Shown one piece after another: positions 9,080-19,957 of a stretch of DNA of 64,000 nucleotides; within the stretch, counting starts at the first letter, position 1, and the number at the start of each line of letters is the position of its first letter. A model generated the notes under the pieces. It saw nothing but the letters and a program-made list of their open reading frames with translations, did not search any database and was not told the origin of the DNA. Both the position numbers and the translations under genes were made by a program. The DNA is from Rickettsiales bacterium (GTDB taxonomy: Bacteria; Pseudomonadota; Alphaproteobacteria; Rickettsiales; RI-342): positions 246 through 64,245 of the forward strand of contig JBIPLF010000004.1 in NCBI GenBank assembly GCA_044368015.1, in the 5' to 3' direction.

Positions 9080-9691
9080 ATGACACGCTCTAAACGCACC
9101 CCCGCTCCCCGCACCGCCGCGACGGATGCAACCGCCTGCCACTGGCCGGAATGCGGGCTGGCGGGCGATCATCCCGCCCCCAAATCGCGGGGGAGCCTGG
9201 AGGAAGGAGGCAGTCGCCATGCCGGCCCTCCCCATAGCCGCCCCAACGAATTCCACTGGTTTTGCCTGGAACATGCCAGAGAATACAATAAACGCTGGGA
9301 TTTCTTCTCCGGCATGGATGGCGAAGCCATTGACGCCTACCGCAAAGAAGCGCTGATTGGGCACCGTCCCACCTGGAAATCCGAATCCCGCGCCGCGTCC
9401 TCCGTTCCCTTACATGAAAAACTGGAAAGCGTACTGGAGCAATTTTTGCGTGGCGAGGACATCCCCCCCCGTGCCGCGCCACCGGAAATCCCCGTCAAGG
9501 AGCGAGAGGCACTCGCCGTGCTGAATCTGGGATGGCCGGTGACGCTGGCGGATGTCAAAACCCGCTACAAGCAACTGGTGAAACAATACCATCCGGATAC
9601 CAACCCACAGGCCACCGCCGAAGATGCTGATATGTTCAAACGCATCAGCACGGCCTATCAGCTATTGAGAAAATGCGAGCTGTTGCGGTAA
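9080..9691 (+). CDS. J-domain (DnaJ-like) protein
   Basis: C-terminal J domain with VKTRYKQLVKQYHPDTN (HPD motif). N-terminal Cys/His region CHWPEC...FHWFCLEHAREYN. Confidence 0.75.
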   Translation: MTRSKRTPAPRTAATDATACHWPECGLAGDHPAPKSRGSLEEGGSRHAGPPHSRPNEFHWFCLEHAREYNKRWDFFSGMDGEAIDAYRKEALIGHRPTWKSESRAASSVPLHEKLESVLEQFLRGEDIPPRAAPPEIPVKEREALAVLNLGWPVTLADVKTRYKQLVKQYHPDTNPQATAEDADMFKRISTAYQLLRKCELLR

Positions 9692-9746
9692 CCCTCTGTT
9701 AAACAAACCCTGTTTTACTCGTTGCAAACCACATCAGGAGCCACCC

Positions 9747-10565
9747 ATGAACACCATCACCGACCATCCCGCCCCCTTTATCAGCGGTTTTGCCGTTTTG
9801 CTGGCGCTGGCGCTGTTTGCGGTTGTTGCGTTTATGGCGGCTCCCTTTCTGGCGGTTCCCATCTGTGCGGTGTTGCTGGTGGTGTGCTCCTCTGGTTTTA
9901 CCATCAACGAACCGAACGAAGCGCGGGTGGTGACTTTCTTCGGCAAATATATTGGCACGCTGAAAGCCAACGGATTTCTGTTTACCATCCCCTTCACCAG
10001 CAAGACCAAAGTGCCACTGAAACTGGTGAATTTTGTCACCGATCAGTTGAAGGTCAACGACCTGCACGGCAACCCGATTGAGATCGGCGCGGTGGTGGTA
10101 TGGCGCGTGGCCGATGCCGCGCAGGCCGCGTTCAATGTGGATGATTACGCGGCCTTTGTGGGGTATCAGAGCGACAGCGCCATCCGGGCCATTGCGGCGC
10201 ATTACCCCTATGATGCAGAGGGCGAGACCTCCCTGCGCGGGAATATCGACGAAATCGCCGAGAAACTCAAAGAAGCCCTGCAATCCAAATTGGCCGTCGC
10301 GGGGCTGGTGATTGAGGAAACACGGCTGAGCCACCTTGCCTATGCGTCGGAAATTGCGGCGGCAATGCTGAAACGCCAACAGGCCATGGCGATTTTTCAG
10401 GCACGGCAATATCTGGTGGAAAATGCATTGGCGATTATCGACAAGGTCATCGCCCATTTTGGGGATACCATCTCCAACGATAAAAAGGCCGATCTGATCA
10501 ACAGCCTGCTCGTCACCATGACATCCGACAAGGAATCGAGCCCCGTACTGAATCTGGGGAAATAG
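9747..10565 (+). CDS. SPFH/band-7 domain membrane protein
   Basis: Two N-terminal TM helices followed by an SPFH-like core (VVVWRVADAAQAAFNVDDY...AIRAIAAHYPYD) and a coiled-coil tail. Confidence 0.75.
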   Translation: MNTITDHPAPFISGFAVLLALALFAVVAFMAAPFLAVPICAVLLVVCSSGFTINEPNEARVVTFFGKYIGTLKANGFLFTIPFTSKTKVPLKLVNFVTDQLKVNDLHGNPIEIGAVVVWRVADAAQAAFNVDDYAAFVGYQSDSAIRAIAAHYPYDAEGETSLRGNIDEIAEKLKEALQSKLAVAGLVIEETRLSHLAYASEIAAAMLKRQQAMAIFQARQYLVENALAIIDKVIAHFGDTISNDKKADLINSLLVTMTSDKESSPVLNLGK

Positions 10566-10602
10566 CGGTTGATGCTGGCGTTGTGGCGGCTATGATGCCC
10601 GC

Positions 10603-11523
10603 ATGGACTCATCCCGTTTTCGCGTCTTCCTGCATAAGCTGGAAAAGCTCACCCACACCGACTTCCCCTTCCGTGGCGACGATGCCTCGCGTCTGCTGCC
10701 CTGGATGATGGGGTTTCTGGCTTATCTCGCCATGCTGTTTGGGGTGTTGGGGATGAATCTGGACGATCGCTTCACCCATTGGCGGGAGGAACGTACGGCA
10801 AGCCTCACCGTGCAGATCATCGCCAGCCATGGGGATCTGGAAAACCGTACCCAAACAGCCCTCGCGCAGTTGCGCAGTACGCCCGGACTCACCGGCGTGC
10901 GGTTACTGGAACGCAAAGAACTGCAAACGCTGCTTTCCCCCTGGCTGGGCGATCAGGCGGGGATTTACGATGTGCTGCCCCTCCCCGCTGTGATTGAAGC
11001 AAGCCGTACCGATCCCGCACTGGACGCCGAGGAGCTGGAAGAACGGCTGGAAAAAGCCGTGCGCGGCGTGGTGGTGGACGATCACCGCGACTGGATCGAG
11101 CAACTGGCCTCCACCATTCGCTCCACCCGCTGGTTGGTGACACTGCTCACCCTTGGCGTGGGGGCGGTGGCGGTGGCGATGGTGGTGTTTGCCACCCGTA
11201 CCGAGCTGGATATGCATACCCGCACCCTATTACTGCTCCAGAGTTTCGGCGCCAAACGCGCCTATATCGCCCGGCAATTTCAGATGAATGCCCTGCTGCT
11301 GACCCTCAAAGGGGCGGTGCCGGGCGTGATTCTCGCGGTACTCAGTGTGCTGGCGCTGCATCTGGTGGCGGGGCAGGTGGATACACCGGTTGCGTCGCTT
11401 TTTGCGCTCTCCTGGGGGCATGTGTTGTGGTTTTTCTGGGTGCTGCTGGCGGCAAGCGGCATGGCGTTTGTGGCGGCTTACAGCGCCGTGAACCGGGTGC
11501 TGAAACGCCGTGATTTATTGTAG
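10603..11523 (+). CDS. ftsX: cell-division ABC permease FtsX-like
   Basis: 306 aa with FtsX topology: TM1 near residue 40, a ~120-aa periplasmic domain, and three C-terminal TM helices. No ftsE upstream. Confidence 0.65.
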   Translation: MDSSRFRVFLHKLEKLTHTDFPFRGDDASRLLPWMMGFLAYLAMLFGVLGMNLDDRFTHWREERTASLTVQIIASHGDLENRTQTALAQLRSTPGLTGVRLLERKELQTLLSPWLGDQAGIYDVLPLPAVIEASRTDPALDAEELEERLEKAVRGVVVDDHRDWIEQLASTIRSTRWLVTLLTLGVGAVAVAMVVFATRTELDMHTRTLLLLQSFGAKRAYIARQFQMNALLLTLKGAVPGVILAVLSVLALHLVAGQVDTPVASLFALSWGHVLWFFWVLLAASGMAFVAAYSAVNRVLKRRDLL

Positions 11524-11653
11524 ATGGGACTGTAAAATTCGTCAGGGCGTAGCGAAAATTCCGGGTTTCGAGAACCGGAAGTTCCAGTGTATTCAACATA
11601 CATGAAAGCCGGAAGCGCAGAAACCCTGTATTTGCAGCAAGCCATGGTAGAAT

Positions 11654-12238
11654 ATGACAGCACCATCTAACTTTATCCTCGCCTCCGCCTCTCCCATCCG
11701 GGCGCAGATGCTACGTGAGGCCGGATGCGTGTTTGACGTCATTGCCGCCCCCGATAGTGCAGAAGAAGCCACCAAATCCACGCTTGCAGATGCCCCTCCG
11801 CCAGAACGGGCGCGGTTACTGGCCATTGCCAAGGCGAAAGCCGTCAGCCTCACCCACCCGGAACGGCTGGTAGTGGGGGCGGATCAGGTCTGCGCGTTGG
11901 GGAAGAATATCCTCTCCAAACCGGGATCGCGGAAACGGGCGACCCAGCAATTACAGGCACTTTCCGGACAGACACACCACCAGCATAGCGCGGCCTGTAT
12001 CCTGCGCAATGGCGAGCTGCTGTGGTCGGAAGTCGCCACCGCCCACCTCACCATGCATCCCCTGTCGCTCACGGCAATCACCGACTATCTCGACCGCGAC
12101 CAGCCCTTTGGCTCCTGCGGCAGCTACCGGTTCGAGGGGACGGGCAAGGCGCTCTTCAGCCGTATCGAGGGAGATGCCTTCACCATTCAGGGACTTCCCT
12201 TGATTCCCCTGCTTTCTGCGCTACAAAGGGTGGCATGA
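11654..12238 (+). CDS. maf: Maf-like nucleoside triphosphate pyrophosphatase
   Basis: [15 protein letters not shown]-terminus and GSYRFEG / IQGLP C-terminal motifs. Stop overlaps the mutS start (ATGA). Confidence 0.85.
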   Translation: MTAPSNFILASASPIRAQMLREAGCVFDVIAAPDSAEEATKSTLADAPPPERARLLAIAKAKAVSLTHPERLVVGADQVCALGKNILSKPGSRKRATQQLQALSGQTHHQHSAACILRNGELLWSEVATAHLTMHPLSLTAITDYLDRDQPFGSCGSYRFEGTGKALFSRIEGDAFTIQGLPLIPLLSALQRVA

Positions 12239-14991
12239 AACCCGCCACCACCCTTCCTTCTGACACCACCCCCATGATGCGGCAATATCTGGGGATTCGT
12301 GAGCAGTATCCCGATTGCCTGCTCTTCTACCGCATGGGCGATTTCTACGAGTTGTTTTTTGAGGATGCCGTACGCGCCGCCGACGCGCTGGATATTGCGC
12401 TCACCAAACGCGGCCAGCATTTGGGAGAGGAAATCCCGATGTGCGGCGTGCCGGTGCATAGCCATGAAAACTACCTGCATCAACTGATCGCCAAGGGCTT
12501 CCGTGTGGCCATTTGCGAGCAGATGGAAGACCCACGCGAGGCCAAAAAACGCGGGGCGAAATCGGTGGTGGCCCGCGATGTGGTGCGGATCGTCACCCCC
12601 GGCACCCTCACCGAAGAAGGGTTGCTGGATGCCAAAGCCTCCAACTACCTGCTGGCGCTGGCGGAGATGCGCGGCCAGTTTGCCTGTGCCTGGCTGGAGC
12701 TTTCCACCGGAGCCTTCCGCGCCCGACTGGTAGAGGAAGCTCAGATTCTGGAACTGCTGGCACGCCTCCGCCCGGCGGAGATTTTGCTATCGGAATCGCA
12801 TATCGGCAAGACTCCCTCCACCGCTTGCGGGGGAGGGTTGGGGAGGGGGTGTCAGGAACATCCTGTCTCTACAAACACCCCCCACCTAACCTCCCCCCGC
12901 AAGCAGGGGGAGGAACTTTCGGGCTTCGCCCTTATATTGGAAGAATGGAAAGAAAAACTCCAATTCCACTCACCCGCCTTTTTCCATCCCGTGCAGGGTG
13001 GCGAGCGTCTAAAACGCCTGTTTGGGACGGCGACGCTCGACGCATTCGGCAGTTTTGAGCAACCGGAAATCGCGGCACTCGGCGCGCTGGTGCAGTATGT
13101 GGAACTCACCCAGAAAGGCGCCCTCCCCCAGCTGCTCCCCCCCGTGCGTGAGGTGGTCGGTTCCACCATGGCGATTGACGCCGCGACCCGCAAAAGCCTG
13201 GAACTCACCCACACCCAGCAAGGTACGCGCAAGGGAAGCCTGCTCGACGCAATCGACCGCAGCGTGACATCCGCCGGGGCGCGGCGGTTGCAGGACTGGC
13301 TTTCCGCCCCGTTGACGCTGCTTGCCCCCATTCAGGCACGGCAGGAGGCGGTGGCCTATCTGCTGGAAACGCCGGAACTCCGCACCCGCCTGCGCGAGAT
13401 TCTGCGTCGCAGTCCGGATCTCGAACGCGCCCTCGCACGGGTGGGGCTGAACCGCGCCAGCCCGCGGGATTTGGTCAGTATCCGCGATAGCCTAGAACGG
13501 GCGGGCGGGCTTGAAGCTCTCCTCGCCTCGCCGCGTTTGCCAGAGCATAGCCGGTTATTGGCGGAAACCGTGACGCATCTTTCCGGCCATGCGCCGCTCG
13601 TCACCACCCTGCACCGCGCCCTGAAACCAGAGGTGGGGCCGTTCGCCCGCGAGGGGCATTTTATCGCGGAAGGGTATCACCCGGAACTGGATCGGCTGCG
13701 GAGTTTGCGCGATGATAGCCGTCAGCTCATCGCCCGGTTGCAAGCGCGGTATGTGGGCGAGACGCAAATTCCCTCACTGAAAATCCGGCATAACAACATC
13801 GTTGGCTATTATATTGAGATCACCGCCACGCATCAGAAAAAGGTGCCTGAGAGTTTCATCCACCGCCAAACGCTGGCGAGCGCCATGCGCTTCACCACCC
13901 CCGAACTGGTGGAGCTGGAACGGCAGATTCAGGATGCAGGCGAAAAGGCGCTGGCCGTGGAGCTGGAGATTTTCGAGGCCCTGCTGGGTACGATCCGCGA
14001 GGCCTTCGCTCCCATCCGGAAGGCGGCAGAAGCCATGGCACGGCTGGATGCCTGTGCGAGCCTCGCCGAACTGGCGCAGGAGCAGCGCTACGTCAAGCCA
14101 CACCTCACCGACGATGCGCGGTTTTGCATCACGCGGGGGCGCCACCCGGTGGTAGAGCAGGTGCTTGCGGGTGATGCTTTCATCGGCAACGATACCCGGC
14201 TTTCCGAGGAAAGCCATGTATGGCTGCTCACCGGCCCCAATATGGCGGGTAAAAGCACCTTTTTGCGGCAAAACGCGCTGATCGCCATTCTGGCGCAAAT
14301 GGGGAGTTTCGTCCCCGCCGACCATGCGGAAATGGGCCTCGTGGATCGCGTCTTCAGCCGGGTAGGGGCCAGCGACGATCTCGCGCGCGGGCGTTCCACT
14401 TTCATGGTCGAGATGGTGGAAACGGCGATGATTTTACATCAGGCGACCGACCGCTCCCTGGTGATTCTGGACGAAATCGGCCGGGGAACCGCCACCTATG
14501 ACGGGCTGGCGATCGCCTGGGCGACGCTCGAACATCTGCATCAGGTCAACCGGTGCCGCACCCTGTTTGCCACCCATTACCACGAACTAACGGCACTCAC
14601 CGAGCGGTTGCCGAGGCTCGCCTGCCACACCATGCGCGTGCGCGAATGGCAGGGCGGGATTGTCTTTCTGCATGAGGTCATCCCCGGTGCGGCGGATCGC
14701 TCTTACGGGTTGCATGTGGCACGTCTTGCCGGGCTTCCGGCACCGGTGCTGGCACGGGCCGAAACCATTCTGCAACAGTTGGAATCCAAAGAAGCCGGAA
14801 GTGCCGCAGCCCGTGTGGCGGAGTCCCTTCCCCTGTTTGCCTTCGCGGAAACGCAAAGCGCCCCGCCGCCTGCGCCTCCTTCGGCACTGGAACAACAACT
14901 CGCGGCGCTGGATGTGGATAACCTCACCCCCCGCGAAGCACTGGAGTGGTTGTACCGTCTTAAAGGGCCACTCTCCACACAGCCTGCGTAA
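12235..14991 (+). CDS. mutS: DNA mismatch repair protein MutS
   Basis: [34 protein letters not shown] mismatch-binding N-terminus, Walker [24 protein letters not shown] 12235 chosen; the ORF-track start 12022 overlaps maf. Confidence 0.95.
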   Translation: MKPATTLPSDTTPMMRQYLGIREQYPDCLLFYRMGDFYELFFEDAVRAADALDIALTKRGQHLGEEIPMCGVPVHSHENYLHQLIAKGFRVAICEQMEDPREAKKRGAKSVVARDVVRIVTPGTLTEEGLLDAKASNYLLALAEMRGQFACAWLELSTGAFRARLVEEAQILELLARLRPAEILLSESHIGKTPSTACGGGLGRGCQEHPVSTNTPHLTSPRKQGEELSGFALILEEWKEKLQFHSPAFFHPVQGGERLKRLFGTATLDAFGSFEQPEIAALGALVQYVELTQKGALPQLLPPVREVVGSTMAIDAATRKSLELTHTQQGTRKGSLLDAIDRSVTSAGARRLQDWLSAPLTLLAPIQARQEAVAYLLETPELRTRLREILRRSPDLERALARVGLNRASPRDLVSIRDSLERAGGLEALLASPRLPEHSRLLAETVTHLSGHAPLVTTLHRALKPEVGPFAREGHFIAEGYHPELDRLRSLRDDSRQLIARLQARYVGETQIPSLKIRHNNIVGYYIEITATHQKKVPESFIHRQTLASAMRFTTPELVELERQIQDAGEKALAVELEIFEALLGTIREAFAPIRKAAEAMARLDACASLAELAQEQRYVKPHLTDDARFCITRGRHPVVEQVLAGDAFIGNDTRLSEESHVWLLTGPNMAGKSTFLRQNALIAILAQMGSFVPADHAEMGLVDRVFSRVGASDDLARGRSTFMVEMVETAMILHQATDRSLVILDEIGRGTATYDGLAIAWATLEHLHQVNRCRTLFATHYHELTALTERLPRLACHTMRVREWQGGIVFLHEVIPGAADRSYGLHVARLAGLPAPVLARAETILQQLESKEAGSAAARVAESLPLFAFAETQSAPPPAPPSALEQQLAALDVDNLTPREALEWLYRLKGPLSTQPA
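12813..12912. repeat. GC-rich palindromic element, family A, in frame inside mutS
   Basis: tccaccgcttgcgggggagggttggggagggggtg and caccccccacctaacctccccccgcaagcagggggagg are inverted arms. Translated as ...[33 protein letters not shown]... Confidence 0.8.
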
Positions 14992-15095
14992 AAACCGCTA
15001 CCCGGCAGCGATATTTCTTTACATTCAGGTGCTTTGTCTCTACAGAAGCCCCCCTGTATTGACGCAGATATCACGACTATTCATCAGGATGTTTC

Positions 15096-16922
15096 ATGCA
15101 ACTTCGCAATCTGGCGATTATCGCCCACGTTGACCACGGTAAAACCACCCTCATCGACCAAATGCTGCGCCAGAGCGGCGCGTTTCGTGTAAACCAGCAA
15201 GTGGCTGAGCGGGTGATGGATTCCAACGATCTGGAAAAGGAACGTGGGATTACGATTCTCGCCAAATGTACCTCCATCACCTGGAATGATACCAAGCTCA
15301 ATATCATCGACACCCCCGGCCACGCCGATTTCGGTGGCGAGGTGGAGCGCGTGCTGACCATGGTGGATGGCGTGCTGCTGCTGGTGGATGCCGCCGAAGG
15401 CCCCATGCCGCAAACCAAATTCGTGCTTTCCAAAGCGCTCGCGCTAGGACTCCGTCCGATTGTGGTCATCAACAAGGTGGACCGCGCCGACGCCCGCGTG
15501 GAAGAAGTGCATGACGAAGTGTTTGATCTCTTCGTCTCGCTGGATGCCAATGACGACCAGCTCGATTTCCCAACTCTCTACGCATCGGGCCGCAATGGCT
15601 GGGCCGCCACCAGTCTGGAAGCCCCGCGTGAGCACCTCCATTGCCTGTTCGATCTGATGATTCAACACGTTCCCTCGCCGAAAATTGAGGCCGCAGGAAC
15701 GCCCTTCGGGATGCTCGCCACCATTCTGGAATCCGACAATTATCTGGGGCGGATGCTCACCGGCAAAGTCTATGGCGGCGAAATCACCCTCAACGCTCCG
15801 GTCAAAGTGATGCGTCTGGACGGCACCATCGCCGAACAGGGACGCTTAAGCAAATTGCTGGCGTTTCAGGGGATTGAACGGGTGCCGGTAGAGCGTGCCG
15901 AGGCAGGAGACATCATCGCCATCGCCGGGCTGGAAGATGCCAGCGTATCGGACACCATCTGCGCACTGGAGCGGGAAATCCCCATCCCCTCCACCCCTAT
16001 CGACCCGCCAACCATGGCGATCACCATTAACGTGAACGACTCCCCACTCGCCGGGACGGAAGGCACCAAAGTGACCTCGCGCATGATCCGCGACCGTCTG
16101 TTCAAGGAGGCCGAGGGCAATGTGGCGATCAGCGTCCGCGAGAACGAAGCCAAAGACGCGTTCGAGGTCGGTGGACGCGGCGAGCTGCAACTGGGCGTGC
16201 TGATCGAAACCATGCGCCGCGAAGGGTTTGAACTCTCGGTATCCCGTCCCCGCGTGCTGATGCAAAAGGACGAATCCGGTAATGTGCTGGAACCGATCGA
16301 AGATGTGCAAGTGGATGTAGACGAGGAATATAGCGGGATTGTGGTAGAAAAACTCTCCATCCGCAAAGGCGATCTCACGGAAATGCGTCCCTGCGGTGCC
16401 GGAAAGCTGCGGCTGAAATTCCTCATCCCCTCGCGTGGGCTGATTGGCTATCGCGGCGAATTCCTCACCGATACCCGCGGTACGGGGGTACTGACGAGCC
16501 TCTTCCACAGCTATGCGCCCTATAAGGGCGATATCCCCGGACGTCGCAACGGGGTGCTCATCTCCAACAGCACGGGGATTGCCGTCGCCTACGCCTTGTG
16601 GAATCTGGAAGATCGCGGTTTCATGTTCATCCAGCCACAGATCAAAGTGTATGAGGGGATGCTTATCGGTCAGCATACCCGCGACAATGATCTGGAAGTG
16701 AACCCGCTGAAGGGCAAGCAGCTTACCAACATCCGCGCCGCCGGAAAGGATGAGGCCGTGCGCCTTACCCCTCCGCGTGAGATGACGCTGGAACAGGCGA
16801 TGTCCTACATCAACGACGATGAGTTGGTGGAAGTCACCCCCAAATCCATCCGCCTGCGGAAGAAAACCCTCTGCCCGAATATGCGCAAACGCGAGAGCCG
16901 GGCGGGTAGCGGCGGGGCGTAG
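15096..16922 (+). CDS. typA: translational GTPase TypA/BipA
   Basis: NLAIIAHVDHGKTTL G1 motif, DTPGHADF, NKVD. 608 aa with the EF-G-like domain order typical of BipA. Confidence 0.95.
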   Translation: MQLRNLAIIAHVDHGKTTLIDQMLRQSGAFRVNQQVAERVMDSNDLEKERGITILAKCTSITWNDTKLNIIDTPGHADFGGEVERVLTMVDGVLLLVDAAEGPMPQTKFVLSKALALGLRPIVVINKVDRADARVEEVHDEVFDLFVSLDANDDQLDFPTLYASGRNGWAATSLEAPREHLHCLFDLMIQHVPSPKIEAAGTPFGMLATILESDNYLGRMLTGKVYGGEITLNAPVKVMRLDGTIAEQGRLSKLLAFQGIERVPVERAEAGDIIAIAGLEDASVSDTICALEREIPIPSTPIDPPTMAITINVNDSPLAGTEGTKVTSRMIRDRLFKEAEGNVAISVRENEAKDAFEVGGRGELQLGVLIETMRREGFELSVSRPRVLMQKDESGNVLEPIEDVQVDVDEEYSGIVVEKLSIRKGDLTEMRPCGAGKLRLKFLIPSRGLIGYRGEFLTDTRGTGVLTSLFHSYAPYKGDIPGRRNGVLISNSTGIAVAYALWNLEDRGFMFIQPQIKVYEGMLIGQHTRDNDLEVNPLKGKQLTNIRAAGKDEAVRLTPPREMTLEQAMSYINDDELVEVTPKSIRLRKKTLCPNMRKRESRAGSGGA

Positions 16923-17030
16923 GGAGTTAGCTATCTTCAGGTTAGGGACAAATACGTGGCTCGTAAGTGTTTATCCCATCTGTGTAGGCGTTGATAATAT
17001 AGTATTTTCAAATGATTGCCAGGCTCTCTT

Positions 17031-17254
17031 CACCCCTCCCTTGATGGGAGGGGTCGGAATCGTTGACGATTCCGGGGGAGGGTGTCATCCTGAGCGTAGC
17101 GAAGGATCCCTCAGTTTACATAAACCTATCCGTGCTTCGTAAACGGAGAGATCCTTCGGGGATGCATCCTCTCATGATGACCACCCCCTCCCGGCCTCGC
17201 TGGCGGTTCGCTACGCTCACGCCGCTCGCCGACCTCCCCCATCAAGGGGGAGGT
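17031..17254. repeat. nested composite: family A arms enclosing a family B element (17084-17180)
   Basis: cacccctcccttgatgggaggggtcggaatcgttgacgattccgggggagggtg, then gtcatcctgagcgtagcgaaggatccctc...gagagatccttcgggg...catgatgac, then ccaccccctcccggcctcgctgg...cccccatcaagggggaggtg. Confidence 0.85.
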
Positions 17255-17349
17255 GAAATACGCGAGGCCGTCTGGAAAACAATCGAAAATGCTATAGGAT
17301 CATAATGCAAGTGTTGTGGATATCTGCGAAGGTACCTCCCTCGCACTAC

Positions 17350-18582
17350 TCACTGCCCTTCCATCTGCGATGCGATGTACCCACTGACGGCTGCCATGGC
17401 GTCGCACACCCGATCCAGTAGCTCAGCTTTGTGGTGGTCCGCTGCTTCCCAGGCGATTTCGGCCTGTTTGCACTGTTCGGAGAGGGCAAAGGCCCCCAGA
17501 TTAGCGCTGGCCCCTTTGAATTTATGCGCCGCCGCCTTCCATGCCGCCTGATCTCCTGTTTGCAACGCCTGACGCAGGCTTTGGATGTTGATGTCTGCCT
17601 CGGAGAGAAACAGTTCAAAAATCTCGGCCTCTGCCTCCCGGTCGCCATCGGTGAACAGCCGTAAATGCTCCATATCCACCGGAGCCGTGGAGGGTGATGC
17701 AGGGGGCAATTCCTGCGCCAAAGCTTGGGCGTTTTGCGTGGCTGGAATCCACTGATTGAGGACTCCAATGAGTGTCTCTGGCTTGACCGGCTTGGTGATA
17801 TAGTCGTCCATACCGGCGTTTAGGCAGGTCTCCCGGTCGCCGATCATGGCGTTGGCGGTCATGGCGATGATCGGTACATGGCTGGTGCCGTCCTGTTCCT
17901 GCAAACGTACGGTGTGGGTGGCGGTGTAGCCGTCCATCTCTGGCATCTGGCAATCCATCAGCACCAGATCATAGGCCTGCAAGGTTATTTTATCCAGGGC
18001 CTCCTGCCCATTTTCGGCGGTATCGACCTGTGTGATGCCCAGTTTTTTGAGTAGCTTCAACAGGAACATCAGGTTGATGGGATGGTCATCCACCGCCAGA
18101 ATCCGGGCATCGGTGCGGAAACGTGCCTCCCGCGTTTCGGTGTGCGTGCGGACAGGTGCTTCCGTTACAAAACACACCTCGCCGCTGGGAACTTCCATCG
18201 GAATGCGGAGGGTAAAACAGGAGCCCTTCCCGGCTTCGCTGGTCACGGTGATGGTACCGCGCATCAGCAGGGCCAGTTCGCGGCTGATGGCCAGCCCCAA
18301 CCCGGTACCCCCGTATTTGCGGGTGGTGGAGGCATCGGCCTGCGTGAATTTCTCGAAGATGGTATCCAGTTTGTTTTTGGGAATACCGATGCCGCTATCC
18401 CGCACATGCACCAGCATCTGGTGATCCTCGTCGGTTTCCACTTCGATCCTCACCCCGCCCTTTTCGGTGAATTTCAACGCATTGCTAATCAGGTTGCGGA
18501 TGATCTGCTGGATGCGGGTGCAGTCCCCCATCAATAGCGGCGGAAGGGCTGGGGAGAGGCTCAAATCCGCGTTGCCTGGCAA
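17350..18582 (-). CDS. hybrid sensor histidine kinase, C-terminal fragment (HATPase_c + REC + HPt)
   Basis: N-box [14 protein letters not shown]-boxes RDSGIGI / [10 protein letters not shown], receiver [11 protein letters not shown]...[13 protein letters not shown]...KP, HPt [14 protein letters not shown]. The ORF-track start is a TTG artefact, and the frame continues from 18485..19366 after a frameshift. Confidence 0.8.
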   Translation of the reverse strand: MPGNADLSLSPALPPLLMGDCTRIQQIIRNLISNALKFTEKGGVRIEVETDEDHQMLVHVRDSGIGIPKNKLDTIFEKFTQADASTTRKYGGTGLGLAISRELALLMRGTITVTSEAGKGSCFTLRIPMEVPSGEVCFVTEAPVRTHTETREARFRTDARILAVDDHPINLMFLLKLLKKLGITQVDTAENGQEALDKITLQAYDLVLMDCQMPEMDGYTATHTVRLQEQDGTSHVPIIAMTANAMIGDRETCLNAGMDDYITKPVKPETLIGVLNQWIPATQNAQALAQELPPASPSTAPVDMEHLRLFTDGDREAEAEIFELFLSEADINIQSLRQALQTGDQAAWKAAAHKFKGASANLGAFALSEQCKQAEIAWEAADHHKAELLDRVCDAMAAVSGYIASQMEGQ

Positions 18583-19366
18583 GCGGGTGAAACAGGCGAT
18601 GCAGCCCGTCGAAGAGATCCTGCGTGTGATACAGCGTGTGTTCCAGCGTTAATCCACCGGATTCCACTTTGGAGATATCTAAAATATCATTCAGCAATTC
18701 GAGCAGTTGTTCACCGGACTGATGAATGGTCTGGATCATCTCCTGTTGTTCGTCTGGCAGTCCTGCGTCCAGCAACAAGCGCGAAAGCCCCAGCATCCCA
18801 TTCATCGGGGTGCGGAGCTCATGGCTCATATTGGCCAGAAAACGGCTTTTAGACTCGCTGGCGCTTTCGGCTTTCTCACGCAGGGTGTTGGCTTCCAGCA
18901 GATGCTCTTCCAGTTCCAGCATCGTGGCTTCTGCCCGCATGGTGGCAAGTTTGAGCTTGCGGGTGTTGCGTTGCTGTTCGCTGATATCGCGGATCAGGGT
19001 CAGGGCACCCACCGCCGCTCCCCGCTCCAGCAGGGGGAGGATTTTATACTCAAACCAGCGATGTTCACGCTGGGCAGAGGCAGGTTTTTCAAGCGTGGCG
19101 ACGAAGGGGCGATGGGGGGGCGTGAGTAGGTCATGGGTGTCTTCCTCCAGCTTCATCAAATCGTCATTGTTCAGAATGGCAGGGTCCCACCCCTCCAGCG
19201 GCAAGGCTCGCAGCGCTTGCCCGACCACCTGTCCCGGACGTTTGGCACCGATCAGCTCCAGATACATGGCGTTGCATCCTGCCACCCGTCCGGCTGCGTC
19301 TGTCCAATAGACAGCGCTTGGCAGGGTGTTAACTATCAGGGAGAAGGTGGAATCGGAGAATGGCAT
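18485..19366 (-). CDS. hybrid sensor histidine kinase, N-terminal fragment (PAS + HisKA)
   Basis: Cytoplasmic PAS-like region and H-box [18 protein letters not shown]. The ORF runs out of frame about 100 nt before the ATPase fragment begins. Confidence 0.8.
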   Translation of the reverse strand: MPFSDSTFSLIVNTLPSAVYWTDAAGRVAGCNAMYLELIGAKRPGQVVGQALRALPLEGWDPAILNNDDLMKLEEDTHDLLTPPHRPFVATLEKPASAQREHRWFEYKILPLLERGAAVGALTLIRDISEQQRNTRKLKLATMRAEATMLELEEHLLEANTLREKAESASESKSRFLANMSHELRTPMNGMLGLSRLLLDAGLPDEQQEMIQTIHQSGEQLLELLNDILDISKVESGGLTLEHTLYHTQDLFDGLHRLFHPLARQRGFEPLPSPSAAIDGGLHPHPADHPQPD

Positions 19367-19451
19367 GGCACGTCCTTGATCAATGCTATGTTTTCGGCTT
19401 GCTTGACGCTTGCATCATCCCTTTTCCCTGCCGCTTGCGGCAACGGTTCTA

Positions 19452-19545
19452 CCCCCTCTCCCTCTGGGAGAGGGTCGGGGTGAGGGGGGACTTAACTCGT
19501 CCCTCACCCGGCGCTGCGCGCCACCCTCTCCCGGAGGGAGAGGGA
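19452..19545. repeat. GC-rich palindromic element, family A
   Basis: ccccctctccctctgggagagggtcggggtgaggggg ... ccctcacccggcgctgcgcgccaccctctcccggagggagaggg. Confidence 0.8.
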
Positions 19546-19579
19546 ATCAGGCCGCTCCATGAAGAAAACACAAGTTAGG

Positions 19580-19948
19580 TCACCGGTTCAGCACATCGTC
19601 CCGCGTGGTGGCGACAATCGCAAGCGCCTCGTCGATCATCGGAGCGTCAACGCCCAATTCCTGCAACGTGGCCACCAGATGACCTGCCACACGGTCGAAA
19701 TGCACGTCGGAAAGACCGCGTTTTACCAATCCAAAATGCGCGGTGCGTAAATGCTGCCCCTCGTAATGGTGTGGCCCGCCGAACGCCATGGTGATGAAGG
19801 CCGTCTGACTGGCACGGAGCCTTGCCATATCCACATCCTCAAAGAAGGGGATGAGCAGCTCGTCCTCCAGAATTTTTTCGTAGAATCGTACCACTGTGGC
19901 TTTCACCGCGTCGCGGCCCCCTAAACGCTCGAACAAACATCCGCTCAT
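19580..19948 (-). CDS. glbN: group I truncated haemoglobin (TrHbN-like)
   Basis: 122 aa. FERLGGRDAVKATVVRFYEKILED...FF...Q..F...AFGGPHHYEG..L..AH pattern of 2-on-2 globins. Confidence 0.85.
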   Translation of the reverse strand: MSGCLFERLGGRDAVKATVVRFYEKILEDELLIPFFEDVDMARLRASQTAFITMAFGGPHHYEGQHLRTAHFGLVKRGLSDVHFDRVAGHLVATLQELGVDAPMIDEALAIVATTRDDVLNR

Positions 19949-19957
19949 TGGGTTCTC

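Noticed and set aside
12022-12234. N-terminal extension of the mutS ORF (track start 12022)
   Set aside because: The extension overlaps maf in another frame and is Arg/Pro/His-rich nonsense. The conserved MutS N-terminus begins just after ATG 12235, which overlaps the maf stop (ATGA).
16819-17305. ORFs 16819-17142 and 17063-17305 in the typA / kinase spacer
   Set aside because: They are translations of the nested palindromic elements (peptides such as HPERSEGSLS and PLADLPHQGGG). They have no RBS and no coding-like composition outside the repeats.
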